DNA of 64,000 nucleotides from Fibrobacteria bacterium. GTDB taxonomy: Bacteria > Fibrobacterota > Fibrobacteria > UBA11236 > JADFYW01. The notes beneath the pieces were generated by a model, which saw only the letters and a program-made list of their open reading frames with translations, searched no databases and was not told the origin of the DNA. Of the stretch, positions 49,309 to 59,285 are shown piece by piece. The stretch lies in the NCBI GenBank assembly GCA_050294405.1, contig JBNKOC010000004.1, positions 143,872 through 207,871 of the forward strand, written 5' to 3'. The position numbers were made by a program, and so were the translations under genes. Every line of letters starts with the position of its first letter. Position 1 is the stretch's first letter.

Positions 49309-50457
49309 ATGGTACCAAAGCAAGACATAGACTTAATTCTTTTTTCCAGCGAATTCCCTCCCGGGCCTGGAGGCTTGGGAGAGTTGGCCTACCAAACCGC
49401 CAAATCCTTAACCCACAAGGGGCTTAAGGTATTTGTTATTTGTAATCAGGATTACAGCAGTGCTGAAGCCATTGCGAGTTTCAACTCTTCTCTTTCTTTC
49501 CCTGTTTTCACATTTAAATCTTCTGCACAGCCACTACTTTATCTTTTTAAAAAATTTTTGGAATTCCGGAAAATTTGCCAACGGGAAAATCCCAGGGTTA
49601 TCCTAACTTCTGGGGTCACCCCCACCCTCATAAGTATTTTTGCAGACTGGTTTCAGAAAACGCCCCGGTTAACTGTAGTGCATGGGCCTGAATTCCAAGT
49701 GATGTTTAAACAAAAAAATACTTTGGCAAATTTTGTTTTAAATAAAACCCATGTTTTTACAGTAAGCCATTATTCCAAACAATACTTAATTAACAATGGT
49801 TATAAAAAAGATATTCATGTAATTAACAATTCCGCTCAAAAACATGCAGTGGAAAACCCTGACACACTGTCCCAGCTGCAGAAAAAATACCTGGGAAAAA
49901 AGATATTGTTAACAGTAGGTCGAATGTACCACCGAAAAGGCCAGGAATTTGTAATACGGGCCTTACCAAAAATTATGGAAAATTTTCCAAATGTATGTTA
50001 TTTGCTTATTGGACATGAAGAAAAAAAAGAATATTTGCAAAAAATTTCCAGAGATTTAAACGTGGAATCCCATGTGGATTTCGTAGGGCAAATTCCCAAA
50101 AACCAACTTGGTTACTACCAAGCTTTGTGTGATGTATACATCTTAATGAGCCAAAATTTAAGTGATGGAGATTTTGAAGGCTTTGGTATTTCCATAATTG
50201 AAGCGGCCTTCCATGGAAAACCCGCCATCGGTTCTAAAAATTGTGGCATTGCAGATGCCATTATTCACAATAAAACAGGGCTGTTACTGGAAAATTCAAA
50301 TCCCGAAACAATTGCTGAGGCTGTAGCTGAGCTTTTCTCCGACCCACAAAAAGCAAAGTTGTTAGGGGAAAATGCAAAATTCCGGGCAGAGAATGAATTA
50401 ACCTGGGAAAAATACGCAGATAAATTTATCAGCTATATGAATAACACTCTGAACTAA
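49309..50457 (+). CDS. GT4 glycosyltransferase
   Basis: EFPPGPGG, GRMYHRKG and EGFGISIIEA motifs. Confidence 0.92.
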   Translation: MVPKQDIDLILFSSEFPPGPGGLGELAYQTAKSLTHKGLKVFVICNQDYSSAEAIASFNSSLSFPVFTFKSSAQPLLYLFKKFLEFRKICQRENPRVILTSGVTPTLISIFADWFQKTPRLTVVHGPEFQVMFKQKNTLANFVLNKTHVFTVSHYSKQYLINNGYKKDIHVINNSAQKHAVENPDTLSQLQKKYLGKKILLTVGRMYHRKGQEFVIRALPKIMENFPNVCYLLIGHEEKKEYLQKISRDLNVESHVDFVGQIPKNQLGYYQALCDVYILMSQNLSDGDFEGFGISIIEAAFHGKPAIGSKNCGIADAIIHNKTGLLLENSNPETIAEAVAELFSDPQKAKLLGENAKFRAENELTWEKYADKFISYMNNTLN

Positions 50458-50460
50458 TTT

Positions 50461-50796
50461 TTAAAGAGGCCCAGTTCTTTTAATAACTTTGTTGTAAAAA
50501 GGTTCTGCTAAAAACATCCAGAAAAAACACAGTGCCCAGGATATTATTTTAAATTGCCAATAAAACTTTCCGTCCATTACATACAAAGCTAATATTAGTG
50601 CAAAAGACAAAATAATATCTATCCCGAATTTTTTCTTTTTAAAGAAAAGCGCACCGAATAGCGCCCATAACAAATAGGTCCCAAGCACAATTAAGATAAA
50701 AACCGAATTCTCAATAAACATGGCCAGGGCAAAACCAGCCATAACAAAAAGAGCTATGGCCCAGGAGGAATATTTTTCGTTTAATAAATATTTCAT
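50461..50796 (-). CDS. Hypothetical 4-TM membrane protein
   Basis: Hydrophobic ORF tightly co-oriented with its neighbours. Confidence 0.6.
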   Translation of the reverse strand: MKYLLNEKYSSWAIALFVMAGFALAMFIENSVFILIVLGTYLLWALFGALFFKKKKFGIDIILSFALILALYVMDGKFYWQFKIISWALCFFWMFLAEPFYNKVIKRTGPL

Positions 50797-50797
50797 T

Positions 50798-50992
50798 TTA
50801 ATGCATTTCTATGGATTGGGATGTGTCTTGGGAATTGTTAAATTCATTGGCTGAATTTGGACTTTCTTTTTGCGCCCCAGATTTTTTTTGATATCCTTCC
50901 GAATTTTCTCCAGAGTTTTTAAATGCCACATAAAAGGCTCCCAATGCTAAAATCAGAAGTATGGCCATTAAAATAATCCTTGTATTTTTCAT
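50798..50992 (-). CDS. Small hypothetical membrane-anchored protein
   Basis: N-terminal TM and polar tail; 1-bp gap to the next gene. Confidence 0.55.
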   Translation of the reverse strand: MKNTRIILMAILLILALGAFYVAFKNSGENSEGYQKKSGAQKESPNSANEFNNSQDTSQSIEMH

Positions 50993-51015
50993 AGTCGACC
51001 CATCTTAAATAAATT

Positions 51016-54000
51016 TCAAATTCGACTCAGCTGTGATCCAACATTGTCTTTCAATTTTTCATTTTTAAGGCGGCTTCGAATTTGGCCCAAAGGACCAACA
51101 TCTACCAGTTCTCCCTTCACAAAGACTAAAAACTGCTTACTGCTTCGGGGAACACGATCATGGGCCAAAAACATTCCAGTAAAATTCAGGGGATCTGCCG
51201 CAGAGATAATAATAGGCTCTTCACTGGTATTGTTTTTAGCATGTTTGGCCACATCCAAAGCAGAAGGCAAAGCAAACTGTTCGCCAATAACTCCACTTAC
51301 AAATAACCCACCTCTAACTCTGCCCTGTGCTTCCATTTTTTGCAATATTCTTAAAATTTTCCACCAGGGAAATGGAATTTTTTCGTAATTACATAGATCC
51401 CGAAATAGTATTCCATACCTGTTTAAAAGTTGAAAAGCCCAGTATTCCAGGGAATCTTCTTCTTGCAGTCCTTCCAAATTTTCTTGCCACAAATACCATC
51501 GGGAACCCAAAGTTTTTTGCTGAAACTTATTGCGATAGGAATTGGTTCTGGATACCCGTCTTGTGGAAACCTTTGGTAATAAAACTTTTCGTAAACCAGA
51601 TAACCCATCAGATGATATGAGACCTTTTTGAATAAGGTTTTTAAAGTTTTTTCTTAGCTCCTCATCCGTTAAATGTAAAGTTGATGTTATTTGGGATTCA
51701 AACATAGCTCCTTTGTTTTTCAATAGCTGGAAAATTTCAAGAGCCATGGTTCCCAAGCCAAAATCATCTTCATTTTCAAAATTTTCTGATGAATTAAAAA
51801 AAACAGAAAGTTTCTCCCGGTTAAAAAAACTAATACCAAAGGTTTTATTGATAGATGCCGATTTGCTATTATCGGGTTCGCTAACAAAGCCCTGCTTTAG
51901 TTTACTCCAAACCCAACCACCACCGTACAAACACATTTCTAAATCATTAATATTAAAATCTTCAAGCCTGCTTGGGAAAACATGTTCCAACCAATGGGAA
52001 AGTGCCAAATCGTACCCCTGATATTGCCACAAAATTTTCTCAATTTGAGGGCTTTTTAATTTGGTCTCTGGATGTATATACTGCCAGCGAAATAAAAAAT
52101 CCATAAATTGATTTTTATTTATGGGCTCAATGGATTTTCTGAGTCTCATTAAGCTGCGGCGATGCATGCGAATGGCAAGGTTTCGGCTGCACCATGCTTT
52201 TTCTGTTTTTCCAAAAAGAGAGAATAATACCTGGCCCTTGGATTCTAAACTGTAAAGCAAATTCAAAATTTCAGATTCTGACCAGCCAAATTTGGAACTC
52301 AAATTATTTGGCAAAGTGGGTCCCGATAATTCCAAAAAAGCCTTTAATATGTACTCCCGGGCTTCAATAACACTTGGTTCCCTTTGGTTTGCAGTTTGAA
52401 ACAAATAAGGCTCAGGCAACTCGCGCTCCAAACTAAAATTTGAAAAAGCGATTTGGCATAACTTCCATTTTTCCACAGAACTATAACCAACATATGAGGA
52501 GTTTTCCCCCCAGTAACATTTTGAAATCCTGTTTTTATTTAACAATTCCTCTTCAAAGGGAGTGGAAATTTCATCTAAAAATACTATCCCCCGAGATACC
52601 AAATACTCATAAAATTCGTTGGCGCTTCTAAATTCAGGAATAGCTTCCAAAACTATTTGCTGTACCACATCCAAAGGCAATTCACCCATGTCCTTTACGG
52701 ATTGGCTGGCTCTGGTATTCACCGCCCGGCTTCTTCTTTCTTCCAAAGGAGCATCATCCAAAAAAGCATAAGGCGATGCATTTAAAATTTCATAAGAAAA
52801 AGGGGAAGGGTGGGAAGGCTCTTTGCAAATGGTTTTAATTTTACCCTTCAGAATTTTTTGAAGAACATCCTTTAAACCTTCTATGTCCATGGCTTCGTGG
52901 AAACAGTTTTCCAGTGTTTCATTCACCAGGGGATGGTCCACCGGTTCGATGGGACCTGCCCGATTATCCTGGCAACCCACATGAGCGGGAAAAACAGAGG
53001 CTAACACGTCTTCTGTTTTCATCCGTTGCAAATGAATGGGGACTTTTTTTCCGTTTTGAAAACGCAAAACAGAAAGGGCTCTCGCCGCATTCCACCTAAA
53101 GCGGTTGTTAAAAATAGGATGTGGTAACACTGCAGCGGTAACATCTTTTTCCAGAGAATTGGGATGCAAATACTGCCAAATACTGTCTAAGGGAAAACTG
53201 TGTTTTTCACTTAAACTAAATAACACGGCATTATCTGTTGCTGCACATTGCAATTCAAAATCAAAATTCAGACAAAAACGTTTTCTTAAAGCAAGGGCCC
53301 AGGCTCTGTTTATTCTGGCTCCAAAGGGAGCATGAATAATTAATTGAAGTCCTCCGGCTTCATCAAAAAAACGTTCTGCAATAATGGTATTCTGACTGGG
53401 CACGGCCCCCAAAATTTGAATATTATCGTTAACATAGGCTATAATTTGTTCCGCTGCAAAGTCCGGCAAACCATAATTTTCCTTGAGCTCTAAAACCAAC
53501 TCTTCCTTATTCGCCCTTTGCGATTCAATCTTTTCTCTGAGCTTCGATACCTCTTCGGACAATTCCATGGTTCTTGCCGGAGCCTCTCCCAGCCAAAATG
53601 GAATGTTGGGTAAAGCACCATTGGCATTTTTTACCCTTACTTTATTTTTTTCCACCCGAATAATTTGCCAGCTTTGATTGCCCAACAAAAAAACATTTCC
53701 AGCCATGGATTCAATGGCAAAGTCTTCGTTGATTCTGCCAATAAAAAGGTTATCGCCGTCCACAACCACATCGTATTCCGCAGGTTCCGGGATAGTTCCT
53801 CCCGAGGTTATAACAGCCAGCCTGGCGTTTCTTTTAGCCGACAATATTTTATTTACCCCATCGAAATGCAGATAGGAGCTTTGTTTTCCCCTGGAGGTAG
53901 AAACCCCTTCCACCAACATATGCAGCACACTTTCAAAATCCTTATAAGGAAGGTCTTTATAATAAAAGGATTTTTTCACCATAGACCACAATTCATTCAG

Positions 54001-55287
54001 AGAAATATCCCTTGTGCTGCATTCGGCAACTATAGTTTGAGCCAATACATCCAGTGGCGATTTTTGGAAAAGAGCTGCATCTAGCACTCCATTTTTTACA
54101 GCGTGGATGGAGGCTGCACTTTGCAATAATTCATCCATAGTTAAAGGAAAAATCACTCCCTTTGGAGTTTTACCAATAACATGGCCACTGCGCCCCACCC
54201 TTTGAATCAAGGAACCTATGTTTCTGGGGCAACCAATATGCAGCACCAAATCCACATCTCCCACATCAATACCCAGCTCCAAACTTGCACTGGCAACAAT
54301 TACAGATAATTTTCCGGACTTTAAATTTTCTTCTGCACTAAGTCTCAATTCCTTGGAAAGGCTCCCATGGTGTGCGGCGACTTTATCCTTTCCCAGCCTT
54401 TCAGAAAGCTGATGAGACACCCTTTCCACTAACCTTCGGGTATGGGTAAACACAATGGTTGATTTATGGGATTCAATGGATGCTAAAATTTCATCATATA
54501 TTTGTGCCCAGTATTCATGAGTGGCCACAGGGCCCAAAACATCATCCCCCACCCATATGGATAAGTCCAAATCCCTCCGGAGGGCTGTTTCCACTATCTG
54601 GCAATTAAGCTCTCCGTTAGGATGAAACCTTTCTCCCACCAATACCCTGGCTGTTTTTTCAATTGGCTTTTGGGTAGCACTAAGTCCTATTCGTTGCAAG
54701 GGCCCTTCAGTAAGCCTTTCCAATCTTTCCATAGCCAAGGAGAGGTGAGCCCCTCTTTTGTCACCTAACATAGCATGTATCTCATCTACAATAGCCAGCT
54801 TAACGTTTTTAAGAAGTTCCCGGCTTTTTTCAGCGCATAATAAAATATGGAAAGACTCAGGTGTGGTTATTAAAATTTGAGGTTTATTTGTTAACATCTG
54901 CCTTCGCTCGTGAGCGGGAGTATCCCCGCTTCTAACGGCAACAGAAATGTTTATGGGGGGATACCCCATGCTCTCTGCGAGCTTTGAAATTTCGGATAAT
55001 GGCTGGGTTAAATTTTTGTGAACATCATTGGCAAGAGCCTTTAGAGGCGAAATATATATCACTTCGCAGCCTAACTCTTCACCTTTGTACTGCTTGCGAA
55101 TTAAACCATCCAAGGCCATTAAAAATGCTGTTAGCGTTTTACCCATCCCCGTGGGAGCGGAAACCAAAACATTATCTCCCTTTGAAATAAGAGGCCATGC
55201 TTTTTTTTGAGGATCGGTGAGTCCCGCAAATTTTCCTTTGAACCAGCGGGCCGTAAGGGGGTGGAGCAATTTATCCAGATTTTCCAT
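51016..55287 (-). CDS. lhr: Lhr ATP-dependent helicase, full length with C-terminal domain
   Basis: APTGMGKT, DEIH, GLSAT, SLELGIDVG, QRVGRSGH and C-terminal RGG.FV.G..GEQFA motifs; 1423 aa. Confidence 0.93.
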   Translation of the reverse strand: MENLDKLLHPLTARWFKGKFAGLTDPQKKAWPLISKGDNVLVSAPTGMGKTLTAFLMALDGLIRKQYKGEELGCEVIYISPLKALANDVHKNLTQPLSEISKLAESMGYPPINISVAVRSGDTPAHERRQMLTNKPQILITTPESFHILLCAEKSRELLKNVKLAIVDEIHAMLGDKRGAHLSLAMERLERLTEGPLQRIGLSATQKPIEKTARVLVGERFHPNGELNCQIVETALRRDLDLSIWVGDDVLGPVATHEYWAQIYDEILASIESHKSTIVFTHTRRLVERVSHQLSERLGKDKVAAHHGSLSKELRLSAEENLKSGKLSVIVASASLELGIDVGDVDLVLHIGCPRNIGSLIQRVGRSGHVIGKTPKGVIFPLTMDELLQSAASIHAVKNGVLDAALFQKSPLDVLAQTIVAECSTRDISLNELWSMVKKSFYYKDLPYKDFESVLHMLVEGVSTSRGKQSSYLHFDGVNKILSAKRNARLAVITSGGTIPEPAEYDVVVDGDNLFIGRINEDFAIESMAGNVFLLGNQSWQIIRVEKNKVRVKNANGALPNIPFWLGEAPARTMELSEEVSKLREKIESQRANKEELVLELKENYGLPDFAAEQIIAYVNDNIQILGAVPSQNTIIAERFFDEAGGLQLIIHAPFGARINRAWALALRKRFCLNFDFELQCAATDNAVLFSLSEKHSFPLDSIWQYLHPNSLEKDVTAAVLPHPIFNNRFRWNAARALSVLRFQNGKKVPIHLQRMKTEDVLASVFPAHVGCQDNRAGPIEPVDHPLVNETLENCFHEAMDIEGLKDVLQKILKGKIKTICKEPSHPSPFSYEILNASPYAFLDDAPLEERRSRAVNTRASQSVKDMGELPLDVVQQIVLEAIPEFRSANEFYEYLVSRGIVFLDEISTPFEEELLNKNRISKCYWGENSSYVGYSSVEKWKLCQIAFSNFSLERELPEPYLFQTANQREPSVIEAREYILKAFLELSGPTLPNNLSSKFGWSESEILNLLYSLESKGQVLFSLFGKTEKAWCSRNLAIRMHRRSLMRLRKSIEPINKNQFMDFLFRWQYIHPETKLKSPQIEKILWQYQGYDLALSHWLEHVFPSRLEDFNINDLEMCLYGGGWVWSKLKQGFVSEPDNSKSASINKTFGISFFNREKLSVFFNSSENFENEDDFGLGTMALEIFQLLKNKGAMFESQITSTLHLTDEELRKNFKNLIQKGLISSDGLSGLRKVLLPKVSTRRVSRTNSYRNKFQQKTLGSRWYLWQENLEGLQEEDSLEYWAFQLLNRYGILFRDLCNYEKIPFPWWKILRILQKMEAQGRVRGGLFVSGVIGEQFALPSALDVAKHAKNNTSEEPIIISAADPLNFTGMFLAHDRVPRSSKQFLVFVKGELVDVGPLGQIRSRLKNEKLKDNVGSQLSRI

Positions 55288-55344
55288 GGGCCCCCTAAAT
55301 TTACAAAATTCCCCTTGGGGACTATGAGAGAGCTTTAATAAAGT

Positions 55345-56232
55345 TTAGGCTCGTGGCTGACGCTTGAAATTGGATAGGGTGTACAAAAGCAAAGCCCCCC
55401 AAATAAAGGCAAAACTGGCTAAATGAGCCTTACCGAAGGGCTCCTTAAACAAAAATACAGCAATAGCTAACTGAATAGATGGACCCAAATATTGAAAAAA
55501 GCCCAATGTGCTTAGTCTCAGATGACGGGAGGCCTGGGCAAAACAGTAGAGTGGCGCCAAAGTCACAAGACCGCTTCCTATTAAAATAAGCCAATCATAA
55601 TTCCGGGGCAAACCCATACCAGAGGGGTCAGTCCAATAAACCCAGGACAAAAACAAAATGGCAAAGGGAGATAAAAACATGTTTTCAAATACCACGCTGG
55701 AAAGAGAGCCGGCCTTCACATTTTTCTTAATTAAGCCATACATGGAAAAGCTCATGGCCAGACCCAATGCAATAAAAGGCAGTTTTCCCAATTGAAAAGC
55801 CAAAATAAACACCCCAATGGCAGCCAAGGCAACTGCGCTCCACTGCATAGCAGAAAGCTTTTCTTTTAAAATTAGCCTACCCAGAAAAACATTAAACAAA
55901 GGGTTGATGTAATACCCCAAACTCCCTTCCACAACCTGAAATGTCTGAACTGCATAAATGTATAGGCTCCAATTTGTACAAATAAACAGTCCACCCATAG
56001 CGTAATATTTCTTATGCCCTGAAAGACGCCAATTACTCCCCAAAGAATTTTCCTTTAAAATCCACTTGAGAATTATGATACCGGTAATAATGGACCAAAC
56101 CACCCTATGGGCCACAATTTCAAACCCCCAGCGATGAGCAATCATTTTCCAATAAACCGGAAACACACCCCAAAGTCCAAAGGCAATAAAGGCAAATGTT
56201 ACCCCTTTCCAGGGTATTTCACTTTTATTCAT
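55345..56232 (-). CDS. rarD: EamA/RarD transporter
   Basis: WGVFPVYW, HRVVWS, SLGYYINPL and LGFFQY.GP motifs. Confidence 0.9.
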   Translation of the reverse strand: MNKSEIPWKGVTFAFIAFGLWGVFPVYWKMIAHRWGFEIVAHRVVWSIITGIIILKWILKENSLGSNWRLSGHKKYYAMGGLFICTNWSLYIYAVQTFQVVEGSLGYYINPLFNVFLGRLILKEKLSAMQWSAVALAAIGVFILAFQLGKLPFIALGLAMSFSMYGLIKKNVKAGSLSSVVFENMFLSPFAILFLSWVYWTDPSGMGLPRNYDWLILIGSGLVTLAPLYCFAQASRHLRLSTLGFFQYLGPSIQLAIAVFLFKEPFGKAHLASFAFIWGALLLYTLSNFKRQPRA

Positions 56233-56390
56233 GTCTTGCCATTAGAGCTATAAAATCCATCCGGAAAATTTAGTCATTAATTTTGATACTGGCGGATTCT
56301 GCCTACTTAGTGACGGATATTTACATTTAAAACCAAAAAAAATATTAGTATAATCCCAAACACAACAATTTATTCGACGCAGGAAAAAAC

Positions 56391-57014
56391 ATGGCAGCTG
56401 AAATGGCTTTTTTTAAATGGCGACCCCACCCCTGGCACGGTTTAGAGGTTGGTCCCACTCCTCCCAGTATCGTCCACGCATATATTGAAATGTGTTCCTT
56501 TGACACCGTTAAATACGAAGTGGATAAAGAGACAGGCTATATTAAAGTAAACCGCCCCCAGCGTTCCTCCTCTTTTCCTCCCACTCTATACGGCTTTATT
56601 CCTAAAACATTAAGCGGCAAAAGAGTCCAGGAGTTAATGAAAGGTGCCAAAAAAGGCGATGGTGATCCTCTGGATATTTGCGTACTTAGCGAAAGGCCCA
56701 TTAACCGAATGGATATTATCGCCAATACAAGAGTAGTGGGCGGCTTTCCCATGTTAGATAATGGAGAGGCCGACGATAAAATTGTGGGTATTTTGGAAAA
56801 CGATCCTCTGTGGGCTAATGTTAGAGATATATCCGAATTGCCCCAGGCTTTAATTGAACGCCTTCGCCACTATTTCATGACTTACAAATTAACACCGGGT
56901 CAAAAAGCAGATGTATCCATTGCCGAAGAATACGGTAGAGAACATGCTGAAAAAGTAGTGCGCGCTTCTATCATGGATTACGACGAAGAGTATTTAGGGC
57001 TAATACATTCCTAA
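56391..57014 (+). CDS. ppa: Inorganic pyrophosphatase (family I)
   Basis: HPWH, KYE.DK, YGFIP.T, DGDPLD and DNGEADDK motifs. Confidence 0.95.
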   Translation: MAAEMAFFKWRPHPWHGLEVGPTPPSIVHAYIEMCSFDTVKYEVDKETGYIKVNRPQRSSSFPPTLYGFIPKTLSGKRVQELMKGAKKGDGDPLDICVLSERPINRMDIIANTRVVGGFPMLDNGEADDKIVGILENDPLWANVRDISELPQALIERLRHYFMTYKLTPGQKADVSIAEEYGREHAEKVVRASIMDYDEEYLGLIHS

Positions 57015-57062
57015 TTTGGACTAGAATTTTTAAGACTTTTAGAATCCAGCATTTATATGTTT

Positions 57063-58088
57063 TTATGATGCTGGACTTACTCCCAAGCCTGGGCGTCCAG
57101 AGTGTGTGATTATTACCCTATTCAATTCAACACCATCAAAAAAAGATTTGGACAGAAGCCAGTTTCCATCTAGGTCCAAATAGTCGCATTGGGGGGCCAG
57201 ACTCAAGGCGGCGGAAATTCCAATATTGGTCTCCAGCATACATCCCAGCATAATTTTTAATTGACTTCTTTTCGCAAGTCGGATCATATTTATGGCCGGT
57301 GTAATTCCCCCGCACTTGGCCAATTTAATATTGACTCCGTGAAAAGCATCTACACATGTTTTTATATCTTCCTCATGGATACAGCTTTCATCGGCCATTA
57401 ACATAACCCTTCCATTTTTTTTATGGGGATGCATTGTTAAGTTCTCAGAAGGGGGCAAGGGCTGTTCCAAAAACTCTACATTATGTTTTTGCAATCTACC
57501 AATCCAGTCTCCCAACTTTTCAGGAGGCCAGCCACAATTGGCATCTACTCTGATTTCACCGGAATATATATTTCGAATTTTTTCCAATAGCTCAAAATTT
57601 CTTTCTGAATCCATCTTAATTTTTAATATGGGATAATCTTTTAAACTTCTGGCCCCTTCAACCATTTCATTAATTTCACCCAGAGCCACAGTTACAGAAG
57701 ACATGGGTGTTTTATTGCTTTCTGGATTTAGGTAGTTTTGCAGGCTGACGTTTTGATTTTTGGCTACAAAGTCCCATAGCAACATATCCACCGCCGCCAG
57801 GGCTGAAAAGGATCTATTAAAGCTTTTTAACTCATCCCATATTTTTTTTATTTCATCGGAATTTACAGGTAATGGAAATGACAATTTAGAAAGCAAAAAC
57901 TCCACATCTGATTTTGTCTGTTCTGGGGTTTCCCCATAATAGAGGTTAGGGGCGGCCTCTCCGTAAATGGGGCCAACATCACTTTGAGCGTTAACAATAA
58001 CATTATAAACAGATTTTTTAACGGCCCGGGATATCCCAAAGGGAATTTTGGGGGTTAGCTCAAAAATTTTGCATTCAAAAGAATACAT
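57063..58088 (-). CDS. L-Ala-D/L-Glu dipeptide epimerase (enolase superfamily)
   Basis: F.ISR, KIK, VDAN.GW, EQP, ADES, NIKLAKCGG, GCMLE and DLDG motifs. Confidence 0.9.
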   Translation of the reverse strand: MYSFECKIFELTPKIPFGISRAVKKSVYNVIVNAQSDVGPIYGEAAPNLYYGETPEQTKSDVEFLLSKLSFPLPVNSDEIKKIWDELKSFNRSFSALAAVDMLLWDFVAKNQNVSLQNYLNPESNKTPMSSVTVALGEINEMVEGARSLKDYPILKIKMDSERNFELLEKIRNIYSGEIRVDANCGWPPEKLGDWIGRLQKHNVEFLEQPLPPSENLTMHPHKKNGRVMLMADESCIHEEDIKTCVDAFHGVNIKLAKCGGITPAINMIRLAKRSQLKIMLGCMLETNIGISAALSLAPQCDYLDLDGNWLLSKSFFDGVELNRVIITHSGRPGLGVSPAS

Positions 58089-58099
58089 CCCTATTAAAT

Positions 58100-58132
58100 A
58101 AAAAAAGGAGGCTACATAAGCCTCCCTTTTTT
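58100..58132 (-). terminator. Rho-independent terminator closing the cytochrome operon (possibly bidirectional)
   Basis: GGAGGCT-acata-AGCCTCC stem flanked by A7 and T6 runs. Confidence 0.85.
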
Positions 58133-58151
58133 AAAATATTAGAACTGTTCC

Positions 58152-59285
58152 CTAGAAGAAAAAGTGCGCTCTTAAAATAATGTTGTCCTGGTTTTCTTCA
58201 GCATTTTGAGGAATGTAGTTGTTTATGCGATAAAAGGCGCCCAATTGAAAAAATTGGGTTACAAAGTATTCCAATCCCACTGTAATCCTTTCCTGGCCAT
58301 TATTGGCAAGGGGAATATTGGTGGCGTCCCTGTCGTAAACTTCATAGGTTCCTTTAAAATTTAAGCCCTGAGTTAAAAGCACATCGCCTTCGAAATAATA
58401 GGCCCTATTTTCAACGGTGTCGCGCTTAATAATATCCGCTTCACCCAGGAAAGTAAATCTTCCAAAGTTTACACCGGCAAAGGCACCATATAAAAAGTTT
58501 TTGGTTTCTTCCCGGTTCACACCATAAGAAGCGCCAACTCTAAAACGTCTATAGACTAAAGTCGCCACAGAGCTCAATTCATCATTGGTGGCGTTAACAA
58601 TCCAGGAGAATGGGCCCGGCTCTATGCCAAATTCAGCAGCTAAGGTAGTGCGTCCGTATGTGTAGGTTGTCTGGCCGCGGACAAAAGCCTTATCGTCCAG
58701 CAAACGATAACCATAGGGCAATAACATTTGGCCCATTTTAACGTAAGAGTTCATGGGCAAGCCTTCAATCATTCCAAACAATTCACGAGGCGCGCTACTG
58801 GGGCTAATTGTTTGATCCATGTAGAAGGTTAAACGATTGGGAACCAGCTCTGCCTGAATGTACACATTACCCTCGGTAATACCAGCTCTTCTGGAAGCTT
58901 CTGCTGTTGTAGTTGTCACATCAACGGCATCGTTTGTGTTGGTTTTTCCGGTTGGATGGGATGTGGTGTATTCCATAGTACGCACTTCGTCAATACGCAG
59001 GTTTCCACCTATGGTTACATTTTGCCCCAAACGATTGCTAAAATAACTGCCTGTTTTTTCTCCATCCGGACGGATGTTTTTCATGGATAATTTTGTTTGA
59101 GAATAAATTACTCCATAATCCGTTCTTTTGCCTCCGCCGGAACGGTTGATATGGCAAACAGCACATTTTAAACCAGTTCGAACAGCAATATATGGTTCAG
59201 AAAAAACTGGCAGGTTTAATCCAACCAAAAGGAAGAGTCCAAAAACATAACCCCTTAATTTCATTGATACCCTCATCTTTTCCAT
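58152..59285 (-). CDS. Outer-membrane beta-barrel with N-terminal monohaem cytochrome c (Cyc2-like architecture)
   Basis: Signal peptide, then EPYIAVRTGLKCAVCH; remainder shows amphipathic beta-strand pattern ending ILRAHFFF (C-terminal Phe). Confidence 0.75.
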   Translation of the reverse strand: MEKMRVSMKLRGYVFGLFLLVGLNLPVFSEPYIAVRTGLKCAVCHINRSGGGKRTDYGVIYSQTKLSMKNIRPDGEKTGSYFSNRLGQNVTIGGNLRIDEVRTMEYTTSHPTGKTNTNDAVDVTTTTAEASRRAGITEGNVYIQAELVPNRLTFYMDQTISPSSAPRELFGMIEGLPMNSYVKMGQMLLPYGYRLLDDKAFVRGQTTYTYGRTTLAAEFGIEPGPFSWIVNATNDELSSVATLVYRRFRVGASYGVNREETKNFLYGAFAGVNFGRFTFLGEADIIKRDTVENRAYYFEGDVLLTQGLNFKGTYEVYDRDATNIPLANNGQERITVGLEYFVTQFFQLGAFYRINNYIPQNAEENQDNIILRAHFFF

